Made by a program: the position numbers and the translations under genes. A stretch of DNA of 64,000 bases, taken from the NCBI GenBank assembly GCA_965206445.1, contig CBDBJR010000002.1, positions 1,065,422 to 1,129,421 of the forward strand, read 5' to 3'. Shown here one piece after another: positions 36,106 through 43,772 of this stretch (position 1 is the first letter of the stretch; every line of letters starts with the position of its first letter). The stretch comes from Candidatus Poriferihabitaceae bacterium (GTDB taxonomy: Bacteria > Pseudomonadota > Gammaproteobacteria > Arenicellales > Poriferihabitantaceae). The notes beneath the pieces are model-generated. The model worked only from the letters and a program-made list of their open reading frames with translations. It made no database searches and was not told the origin of the DNA.

Positions 36106-39100
36106 ATGAAAGACATGCAAAAAAGTAACTCAGTAACCGGGATTTCATCATTGATCAGGTTGACCGATAAAGGTCGGCATTACACACGACTCCTGCTGTG
36201 TACGGCGGCTCTCCTTGCAATATTTTGTGGGGGGGGGGGGGGGGGGGTAACTTCCGCCTGGGGGCTTGCGATAGGAGAAGGTGCCGATGATGTCGTCGCT
36301 TCTATCCCGAGCTATGCCAATGTGGCAGAGTTTTTGGCCAATGCGGATCGGTATGAGGACCGAAATGCCGAAATAAACGGGCGTCTCTATCCTATTTATC
36401 TTCTTCGCGAATTTGAAGATGCTCCCGGCAATACCCTGACCGATGCTAACCTGGTTGCAACCTATACCGATTTAGTAGCATTCAGGGACGCCGCTGGGCG
36501 CACCGGAACGGTGTTTGCCGTGGTTGGAGGCGAGCTCTATAGGTCGAACACTTTAGATGTGTTGGGAGAAGACGCCTCGCCGGAATCTCTCGGGTTTCGC
36601 ACTACTGCGGTGGGTGACAGAGCCAGGGCTACTGGCTATGATGCCACAGCCGTGGGACAGGGTGCGAGAGCCTCCGGCGATTCATCCACTGCCCTGGGTC
36701 AAAGTTCTGGGGCACAGGGTGGTAATTCTATAGCGATCGGTGACCATGCCCGATCCTATGGTGGCAGGTCCATTGCTCTCGGGGCTTTTGCTCATAGTGG
36801 TGGCGACAGATCTACCGCAGTAGGGCGGATCTCCGTCACTTACGGAGAGCGTAGCAGCGCGTTTGGTAATTACGCCCACGCGCTGGGACGGCACTCCACT
36901 GCGCTGGGCCAGAGCGCCTACGCGGCCAATCTGGCACCCGGTGAAGACTTTGAGGATGTCATCGCTGCCGACAATAATCTGGGATATCCCCCCGAATTAA
37001 TTGAATGTGCTCTCGACCAGAGAGCCTACGTACCGGATTGCCTGAAATACTACACCGATCAGGAAAAGGCCAATTCGCTGTTAACCGCCGAGAACGCCGA
37101 AGGTGAAGCGTTCCGTGCCGGCATTCAGACGCGGTTGCAAGGCGTTTTGGATGGCCTTACTGTAGAGCGCGCCACCGCCGTAGGTGACAGCGCCAGAGCG
37201 ACAAACGATGATGCTACCGCCGTGGGACAGAGTGCAGAAGCCTCCGGCGATGAATCCACTGCTCTGGGTCAAAATTCCGGGGCACAGGGTAGTAAGTCTA
37301 TAGCGCTCGGTTACAATGCCCGTGCCTATGGCCTTAGGTCCGCTGCCCTTGGGGATTTTGCCCATAGTGGCAGCGATAGATCTACCGCAATAGGGGGTGT
37401 CTCCAGTGCTTATGGCCAGCGTAGCAGCGCGTTTGGCCACTACGCCAACGCGCTGGGACTGCGCACCACTGCGTTGGGCAATGGTGCCTATGCGGCCAAC
37501 CTGGCACCCGGTCAAGAATTTGAAGATGCCATCGTTGCCGACAGCCCGGGATTCCCGCCCGAATTAATTGAATGTGCTGCGGATAACAAGCCCTATATAC
37601 CGGATTGCCTGAAATTTTACACCGCTGAGGAACAGGCCGATCCGCTGTTAGAGGTCGATTCCCCCGCAGGCGATGCGTTCCGTGCCGGCATTCAGACGCG
37701 GTTGCGGGAAGACATTTTGGATGCCCTTACTGTAGAGCGCGCCACCGCCGTAGGCGACAGCGCCAGAGCCATAAATGATGATACTACCGCCGTGGGGCAG
37801 GGGGCGGAAGCCTCCGGCGATCAATCCACCGCTTTGGGACAGGAGGCGAGAGCCGCCGGCGATGATGCCACCGCCCTGGGGCAGAGGGCGAGAGCCACCG
37901 GTGAAGATGCCACCGCCGTGGGGCAAGGCGCGAGAGCTACCGACCGGCAATCCACCGCCCTGGGTCAGCTTTCCGGCGCGCAGGGTGAGAATTCTGTAGC
38001 GCTCGGCGACCATACCCGTGCCTATGGTGACAGGTCTACTGCTCTCGGACAATTTGCCCATAGTGGTGGCGAAAGATCTACCGCAGTAGGGCAGATTTCC
38101 AGCACTTACGGGGATCGTAGCAGCGCGTTTGGTCGCTACGCCAACGCACTGGGACTGCGCTCCACTGCGTTGGGTCACGGTGCCTACGCGGCCAATCTGG
38201 CACCCGGTGAAGACTTTGAAGATGTCATCGCTGCCGACGATAATATGGGAACTCCCGACGAATTAATTGAATGTGCTCTCGACGCTGAAGTCTATATACC
38301 GGATTGCCTGAAATTTTACACCGCTGAGGAACAGGCCGATCCGCTGTTAGAGGTCGATTCCCCCGCAGGCGATGCGTTCCGTGCCGGCATTCAGACGCGG
38401 TTGCGGGAAGACATTTTGGATGCCCTTACTGTAGAGCGCGCCACCGCCGTAGGCGCCGATGCCCGTGCCATAAACTCTTTTACCACCGCTATAGGCGTCA
38501 GCGCGGAAGCATCCGGCGAAGGATCCACCGCTGTGGGTGCAGGCGCAGAAGCCGCCGGCAGACTATCCACCGCCCTGGGCGCAGGTGCAGTCGCCCGTCG
38601 AGACAATCAGATTGTGCTGGGCGTCAGGTCAGTCGAGGATGACCCCGCCACTACCGGTGTGGACGAAACGCGCGCTGCCAGCACGTATACTCTGCCGGGC
38701 TTGCCCGATGATTCGGCGTCCGGTCCCCAGTTGGTAACCACCGATGCCGATGGCAACCTTGCCACCGACGGTGGCAGCGTGCGGCGCGAGATTGCAGCCG
38801 GTGATGCCGCCCTGCGCAACGATTTGGGTACGGCTGCGGATGTGGCGGCTGCGGACGGCAGCGTCTATGCGCGCATAGGCGCTGAGATTGCCGCCCGTGA
38901 AACTGCCGTGAGTGGCATTGAAAGCGCGTTATCCAGCCTGAGCAGCGGTGGCGTCGGGGAACTGGGAGCGGAAAGGGCCGCTCGAATGTTGGGTGATGCC
39001 GCCCTGCGCACCGATTTGGGCACGGCTATGGATCCGGAGTCTGCGACCGGCAGCGCCTATGCGCGCATCAGAGCTGTGCAAAGTGGTTTGGGCGCGGTTG

Positions 39101-40407
39101 GCGATCCGGCGTCTACGGGCGGCAGCGCCCATGCGCGCATCAACGCTGTGCAAAGTGTTTTGGGCACGGTTGACGAGCTGATGGATGCGGAAGGCAGCGC
39201 CCATGCGCGCATCAGCGCTGTGCAAAGTGGTTTGGGCACGGCTACGGATGCGGAGTCTGCGACCGGCAGCGCCTATGCGCGCATCAGCGCTGTGCAAAGT
39301 GGTTTGGGCACGGCTGACGATACGGCGGCTGTGGACGGCAGTGCCTATGCGCGCATCAGCGCTGTGCAAAGTGGTTTGGGCACGGCTACGGATGCGGAGT
39401 CTGCGACCGGCAGCGCCTATGCGCGCATCAGCGCTGTGCAAAGTGGTTTGGGCACGGATGGGGATGGGGCGGATATGGACGGCAGCGTCTATGCGCGCAT
39501 CAGCGCTGTGCAAAATGTTTTGCGTACTGGCGATGCGATTAGCGCGGCGAATGCCGCCCGAGTTGTTGAAGAAGAGGTCGGGTCTGCGGTTGAAACCGTC
39601 GACGAGGTGAGCGATTTGATCGAAGGCGAAACGGTGACACTGGACGAGGAACGGACAGCAACGAGCCAGGCCGTGGTCCTGAGAGGCGGTAGCGTTAACC
39701 AGAAAGTGGCGTATCTGGCCACCCGAATTGGTACAGCAGTTGATCTGGACGCCCCAATCGTGATTTTGGATGATGACGGAGTTGAGATTCCACTGAATAC
39801 GAAGGAAGAACAGTTCATACAACTCGGCGTGGACCGGGGCGTGGTCCAGCAAAACCAGTTAATGTTCCGTCACCTGTTCGGCACCCCGACCGGTTCTGCC
39901 GAGGGCGCCAATAGCGTTGACCCGGACCCCGGCAGTATCGCAGGGAGAGTCGGTCAAATGGAAGAGGGTGTCGGTGAAATGAAAGCGGGTGGCGGTTTTG
40001 ATCTTGAGCGGGCTACTGATATGCCCGCCGCAGGCGTGACGCGCCGTGTGGTGGTAGAAGAGACCGAGGGGCCCCCGGGGGGCCGCACCACACGGTTGAG
40101 AACGCTGGATTTGGGCGCTCTGGGCGGCTTGGATCAGCGTGTAGACGGCTTAAACCGGCGGGTGGAAAGCTTATCCACGCAGCTGGACGAGGGCATCGCC
40201 ATGTCTGCGGCGCTGTCCGCTTTGCCTAACGCTGTTCCCGGCAAAGGCCGCTATACCCTCGGTCTGGGGCTGGGCAATCACGGGGGCTCGTCGGCGGTCG
40301 CAATGGGCTTCGCCGGTCGTTTAAAGAAGTCCACCCACATCAATATCGGTATTTCGACAGCGGGCGACACGATTACCAGCCGTGCCGGGGTGAGTTGGTC
40401 CTGGTAG
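36106..40407 (+). CDS. Trimeric autotransporter adhesin (YadA/Hia family), 1433 aa
   Basis: N-terminal signal-like segment. Many YadA-head (Hep_Hag-like) repeats (ATAVGxxAxAxGxxSTALGQ...). Repetitive stalk. C-terminal YadA-type anchor (GIAMSAALSALPNAVPGKGRYTLGLGLGNHGGSSAVAMGFAGRL...GVSWSW*). Confidence 0.9.
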   Translation: MKDMQKSNSVTGISSLIRLTDKGRHYTRLLLCTAALLAIFCGGGGGGVTSAWGLAIGEGADDVVASIPSYANVAEFLANADRYEDRNAEINGRLYPIYLLREFEDAPGNTLTDANLVATYTDLVAFRDAAGRTGTVFAVVGGELYRSNTLDVLGEDASPESLGFRTTAVGDRARATGYDATAVGQGARASGDSSTALGQSSGAQGGNSIAIGDHARSYGGRSIALGAFAHSGGDRSTAVGRISVTYGERSSAFGNYAHALGRHSTALGQSAYAANLAPGEDFEDVIAADNNLGYPPELIECALDQRAYVPDCLKYYTDQEKANSLLTAENAEGEAFRAGIQTRLQGVLDGLTVERATAVGDSARATNDDATAVGQSAEASGDESTALGQNSGAQGSKSIALGYNARAYGLRSAALGDFAHSGSDRSTAIGGVSSAYGQRSSAFGHYANALGLRTTALGNGAYAANLAPGQEFEDAIVADSPGFPPELIECAADNKPYIPDCLKFYTAEEQADPLLEVDSPAGDAFRAGIQTRLREDILDALTVERATAVGDSARAINDDTTAVGQGAEASGDQSTALGQEARAAGDDATALGQRARATGEDATAVGQGARATDRQSTALGQLSGAQGENSVALGDHTRAYGDRSTALGQFAHSGGERSTAVGQISSTYGDRSSAFGRYANALGLRSTALGHGAYAANLAPGEDFEDVIAADDNMGTPDELIECALDAEVYIPDCLKFYTAEEQADPLLEVDSPAGDAFRAGIQTRLREDILDALTVERATAVGADARAINSFTTAIGVSAEASGEGSTAVGAGAEAAGRLSTALGAGAVARRDNQIVLGVRSVEDDPATTGVDETRAASTYTLPGLPDDSASGPQLVTTDADGNLATDGGSVRREIAAGDAALRNDLGTAADVAAADGSVYARIGAEIAARETAVSGIESALSSLSSGGVGELGAERAARMLGDAALRTDLGTAMDPESATGSAYARIRAVQSGLGAVGDPASTGGSAHARINAVQSVLGTVDELMDAEGSAHARISAVQSGLGTATDAESATGSAYARISAVQSGLGTADDTAAVDGSAYARISAVQSGLGTATDAESATGSAYARISAVQSGLGTDGDGADMDGSVYARISAVQNVLRTGDAISAANAARVVEEEVGSAVETVDEVSDLIEGETVTLDEERTATSQAVVLRGGSVNQKVAYLATRIGTAVDLDAPIVILDDDGVEIPLNTKEEQFIQLGVDRGVVQQNQLMFRHLFGTPTGSAEGANSVDPDPGSIAGRVGQMEEGVGEMKAGGGFDLERATDMPAAGVTRRVVVEETEGPPGGRTTRLRTLDLGALGGLDQRVDGLNRRVESLSTQLDEGIAMSAALSALPNAVPGKGRYTLGLGLGNHGGSSAVAMGFAGRLKKSTHINIGISTAGDTITSRAGVSWSW
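36229..36247 (+). repeat. Homopolymeric G19 tract within the adhesin coding sequence (codons 42-47, GGGGGG)
   Basis: Counted directly: ...ttttgt + 19 g + taacttcc. Confidence 0.95.
36600..38470 (+). repeat. Three long tandem passenger-domain modules (570, 570 and 699 bp periods)
   Basis: TGTAGAGCGCGCCACCGCCGTAGG recurs at 37161, 37731 and 38430. The blocks 37593-37756 and 38292-38455 (164 bp) look identical. Confidence 0.85.
39049..39552 (+). repeat. 7 x 72-bp (24-aa) in-frame tandem repeats in the adhesin stalk
   Basis: GGCAGCGCCTATGCGCGCATCAGCGCTGTGCAAAGTGGTTTGGGCACGG... starts at 39049, 39121, 39193, 39265, 39337, 39409 and 39481. Peptide unit: GSAYARISAVQSGLGTxxDxxxxx. Confidence 0.9.
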
Positions 40408-40428
40408 CCTGTCAATACAACCTGAGAA

Positions 40429-40460
40429 CCCCTGCGGCTGAGCGGTCGCAGGGGTTTTTT
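40429..40460 (+). terminator. Rho-independent terminator of the adhesin gene
   Basis: CCCCTGCG-gctgagcggt-CGCAGGGG followed by TTTTTT, 22 nt after the stop. Confidence 0.8.
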
Positions 40461-40605
40461 AATTGCCATTGCCGTACTCGGCTGGTTTTGACAACCCCCC
40501 CTACGCCGAGACCCTGGAAGGACTAGAGGCCATCCGCCCATACGACGCACCTTGTAGTATAAGCAGTCACTCCGCCGTGGGGCTTTCGCAGAGTGGGTGT
40601 GGGCT

Positions 40606-41689
40606 TGTATAAGCTCAGAAACCTTTGGCACTCTGCCCCAAGAGGAGAGCCATGCAAATTCACCATGCCGGATACCGCATCCGGGGGTTTTACCGAGTAG
40701 CTCATTCAGGGCATGTTTGGGGGATGACTTCCAAACATGCCCAACACCGCCTTGCGATCGGGGAATTTTCCGACCGGCACGGCAAAATCGCTGCCAGCGA
40801 GGCCTTTAAGGTCAGCATTCGTACGCTCTATCGCTGGCGTCAGACCCTCAAACACAACGCCGGCAACGCCGCCGCGCTCACGCCTGAATCCTGTGTACCG
40901 CACCGGCGCAGGCGACCAGTCACGCCACCGCTCCTGAGCGAGCAAATCCGGCAATTGCGCCGACAATACCCCAACCTCGGCAAGGCCAAACTCCATGTAT
41001 TATTACGCGACTGGTGCGCGCAGCGGCGACTGGCGCTGCCGAGCGTCTCCACCATCGGGCGCATCATTGCCAAAGACCCGCATAAAATGCGCCACGCTCC
41101 CGCGCGTATCTCACCCACCGGGCGCCTCAAACCGCTGCTGCGTACCCGTAAAACACGCAAACCCAAACACTACCGGTCGCCGCCACTGGCCCTGTTTGCC
41201 TGCGATACCGTGATGCGCCTGCGCGACGGCATCCGCCGCTACCTGTTCACCTTCATCGACCCCAACAGCCGCTTTGCCATTGCCTTTGCGGCCAATTCTG
41301 CTACCAGCCGCAACACCTCCATCGCCCTGGAGGCGCTCACCGACCTGCTGCCCGTGCAACCGCAATTCCTGCTCTCCGATAACGGTTCTGAGTTCATGGG
41401 TGATTTCCAGCAACGCCTTAATCAGCTCGGTATTGTCCACTGGTGGACTTACCCCAGGTCACCCAAAATGAATGCCCATTGTGAGCGCTTCAACCGCACC
41501 ATACAGGAGCAGTTCGTGGATTATCACGCCGACTTGCTGTTCACTGACCTGGCCTTGTTTAACCGCAAAATGGCCGCCTGGCTGGTCGAATATAACACCG
41601 TCATTCCCCACCATAGCCTCGGTCTGCAAACTCCGATACAATTCGGCTTCCAACAACTGCCACAGTGCCAAAGGTATTGGACCCATACA
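40606..41689 (+). mobile_element. Intact IS element, IS481-like family (1084 bp), imperfect ~26-bp terminal inverted repeats
   Basis: IRL is TGTATAAGCTCAGAAACCTTTGGCACT. The reverse complement of IRR is TGTATGGGTCCAATACCTTTGGCACT (shared TGTAT end and an 11-bp core CCTTTGGCACT). Single DDE/rve transposase ORF. No flanking target duplication seen. Confidence 0.75.
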
Positions 41690-41713
41690 CACAGCGGGGA
41701 GAACAGGCAGTGA
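40724..41713 (+). CDS. DDE (integrase-core, rve) transposase, IS481-like
   Basis: MTSKHAQHRLAIGEFSDRHGKIAASEAFKVSIRTLYRWRQ (HTH), then ...ACDTV...LLSDNGSEF...AHCERFNRTIQEQF...YNTVIPHHSLGLQTP. The ORF runs through the IRR and stops at a TGA in flanking DNA. ATG 40724 is preferred; the upstream ATG 40625 is possible. Confidence 0.85.
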   Translation: MTSKHAQHRLAIGEFSDRHGKIAASEAFKVSIRTLYRWRQTLKHNAGNAAALTPESCVPHRRRRPVTPPLLSEQIRQLRRQYPNLGKAKLHVLLRDWCAQRRLALPSVSTIGRIIAKDPHKMRHAPARISPTGRLKPLLRTRKTRKPKHYRSPPLALFACDTVMRLRDGIRRYLFTFIDPNSRFAIAFAANSATSRNTSIALEALTDLLPVQPQFLLSDNGSEFMGDFQQRLNQLGIVHWWTYPRSPKMNAHCERFNRTIQEQFVDYHADLLFTDLALFNRKMAAWLVEYNTVIPHHSLGLQTPIQFGFQQLPQCQRYWTHTHSGENRQ

Positions 41714-42534
41714 CACAACCGGCACAACAGGCACCGCAAACGCGGGCATCGCGCCCCGCGTGCGCCGCCTCGCCGGCCGCCGGCAGTTATGACGTGGTGC
41801 TCGTGGGCGGGGCGATTATGGGCGCATCAACGGCGTGGTTCCTTACCGACAACCCCGATTTCGACGGCTCGGTGCTGGTGATAGAGCGCGACCCGAGTTA
41901 CGAGAAGTGCTCGACGGCGCACACCAACAGCTGCATGCGACAACAGTTTTCGACCGAACTGAATGTGCGCATCTCGCAGTTCGCCGCCGACTTCGTCAAC
42001 CACCTGCGGCGTTACATGGGCGGCGACCGCCGCGTGCCCAAGCTGGCGATTCGCAGTTTTGGGTATATGTACCTCGCGGATTCGCCGGACTTCGCCGCGG
42101 TGCTGCGCGCGAATCAGCAAGTGCAGCGGGCGGCCGGCGCGGCCACGCAATTAATGACGCCGGACGAGATCAAGCGCAACTACCCGTTCTACAACGTCGA
42201 CGACATTGTGCTGGGCTCGATCAATCTGGTGAACGAAGGCCTCTGGGACGGTACTGCGGTATTCGATTGGTGGCGCCGCTCGTCAAGCGAGCGCGGGGTG
42301 GAATACATCGCCAACGAAGTGGTGGCGATGACGAAAAATGCCGCCGGCACGCGGGTCGAAAGCGTCACGCTGGCCACGGGTGAGGTGATCGCGTGTGGGC
42401 AGGTGGTCAACACCTCCGGGCCGCGCGCCGCGCGCACCGCAGGCATGGCCGGCATCACCGTGCCGGTGGAGCCGCGCAAACGTTTTTCCTGGGTGTTTTC
42501 CGCCGAGCGGCCGCTGGACCGCGACTTGCCGCTG
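41690..42534 (+). repeat. 845-bp duplication, copy 2
   Basis: See 32478-33322. It starts at the first nucleotide after the IS right terminus. Confidence 0.9.
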
Positions 42535-42969
42535 ACCATCGACCCGGCCGGTGTGCACGTGCGCGAAAACGGGGGCGGCACCTATCTGTGCGGCGGTCAC
42601 GCTGCGGTAGACCCGGCCGTGGAATACGATGATTTTCAGCTGGATCAGAGCCTCTGGGAGCAGCATATCTGGCCGGTACTGGCCGCGCGCATCCCGCAAT
42701 TCGACGCGATCAAGGTGACCCATGAATGGGCCGGGCACTATGCCTGGAACAGCTTCGATCACAACGCGATCATGGGGCCGCATACCGCGGTAGAGAACTT
42801 TATTTTTCTCAACGGCTTCTCGGGGCACGGCTTGCAGCAATCCCCCGCAATGGGGCGCGGCACCGCGGAATGGCTGACCTACGGCGAATATCGCACGCTC
42901 GACCTCCGCGCTTTCCATTATAATCGCATCGTGCGAAATGATCCGATTATAGAGCGGGCGGTGATATGA
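41710..42969 (+). CDS. FAD-dependent oxidoreductase (DAO / D-amino-acid or sarcosine-oxidase-like family), full-length copy
   Basis: 419 aa from GTG 41710. YDVVLVGGAIMGASTAWFL is the dinucleotide-binding motif, and the C-terminal part (GFSGHGLQQSPAMGRGTAEW) is typical of the DAO family. The GTG overlaps the transposase stop (GTGA). Confidence 0.8.
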   Translation: MTQPAQQAPQTRASRPACAASPAAGSYDVVLVGGAIMGASTAWFLTDNPDFDGSVLVIERDPSYEKCSTAHTNSCMRQQFSTELNVRISQFAADFVNHLRRYMGGDRRVPKLAIRSFGYMYLADSPDFAAVLRANQQVQRAAGAATQLMTPDEIKRNYPFYNVDDIVLGSINLVNEGLWDGTAVFDWWRRSSSERGVEYIANEVVAMTKNAAGTRVESVTLATGEVIACGQVVNTSGPRAARTAGMAGITVPVEPRKRFSWVFSAERPLDRDLPLTIDPAGVHVRENGGGTYLCGGHAAVDPAVEYDDFQLDQSLWEQHIWPVLAARIPQFDAIKVTHEWAGHYAWNSFDHNAIMGPHTAVENFIFLNGFSGHGLQQSPAMGRGTAEWLTYGEYRTLDLRAFHYNRIVRNDPIIERAVI

Positions 42970-43730
42970 AATTGCCCACCAATGCATTCCTGCAAGCGCT
43001 GCGGGCGGGTAAGCCGCAGCTCGGCATCTGGGTGAGTCTGTGCAGTTCGCTCTGTGCCGAGGTGGTGGCCGGCGCCGGTTTCGACTGGGCGGTGATCGAC
43101 ATGGAGCATTCCCCCAATGAGGTGGATTCGGTGATGCAGCAGTTGCAGGCGTTTGCCGGCTATCAAACCACCCCGATTGTGCGCCCGGACTGGAACGACC
43201 CGGTGAAGGTCAAACGGCTGCTGGATGTGGGGGCGCCGGGGCTGTTGTTCCCGATGGTGCAATCCCCGCAGGAAGCCGCTCGGGCGGTTGCCGCCGTGCG
43301 CTATCCACCGCGCGGCATCCGCGGCGTATCCGGCTTTACCCGGGCCAACCGGTTTGGCCGGGTGGATGATTATTTCGCCCGCGTGGAGGACGAAACGGCG
43401 GTCATCGTACAGCTCGAAACCCGCGCCGGCGTGGCGCAGGCGGCGGCGATTGGCAGCACCGACGGCATCGACGGCGTGTTCTTCGGCCCCGCCGACATCG
43501 CCGCCGACCTGGGCTATCTCGGCGAGCCGATGCACGCCGATGTGTGGCATCTGATTCGACCTGTGGCGCACAAGCTGATCGAGGCCGGGGTACCGGTGGG
43601 CACCCTCGTGCTCGACCCGGCGTTCGCCCGGCGGCTGCTTGATGAGGGATTTTCCTTTGTGATCTGCGGCGCCGACAGCACCTTGCTTGCACGCGGCGCC
43701 GAGCAGTTGCTCAGCAGCGTGCGCGGCTGA
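42966..43730 (+). CDS. HpcH/HpaI-family aldolase (2-keto-3-deoxy-acid aldolase)
   Basis: 254 aa. FLQALRAGKPQLGIWVSLCSSLCAEVVAGAGFDWAVIDMEHSPNEV...RYPPRGIRGVS is the family signature. ATGA coupling to the oxidoreductase gene. Confidence 0.85.
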   Translation: MKLPTNAFLQALRAGKPQLGIWVSLCSSLCAEVVAGAGFDWAVIDMEHSPNEVDSVMQQLQAFAGYQTTPIVRPDWNDPVKVKRLLDVGAPGLLFPMVQSPQEAARAVAAVRYPPRGIRGVSGFTRANRFGRVDDYFARVEDETAVIVQLETRAGVAQAAAIGSTDGIDGVFFGPADIAADLGYLGEPMHADVWHLIRPVAHKLIEAGVPVGTLVLDPAFARRLLDEGFSFVICGADSTLLARGAEQLLSSVRG

Positions 43731-43772
43731 GTGGTATCGGCCTCCTGTCAGTATCCGGGATGACGAAATAAG

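Noticed and set aside
36217-36231. Possible lipoprotein lipobox (LAIF-C) just before the poly-Gly stretch of the adhesin.
   Set aside because: The -1 residue is Phe rather than Gly/Ala/Ser, so it does not fit the L-[ASTVI]-[GAS]-C consensus. It is treated as an ordinary signal segment.
36600-39552. Regularly spaced repeats that could superficially suggest a CRISPR array or a DGR variable region.
   Set aside because: The repeats are in frame within one 1433-aa ORF. The periods are 570-699 bp and 72 bp, with no unique spacers of CRISPR size. No cas genes, reverse transcriptase or template repeat are present in the window.
38929-39852. 307-aa minus-strand ORF (and several + and - ORFs at 37081-39818) inside the adhesin repeats, themselves highly repetitive.
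   Set aside because: These are mirror-image or frame-shifted readings of the adhesin tandem repeats. Their repetitiveness is inherited from the + strand coding repeats, and no start or RBS context was found.
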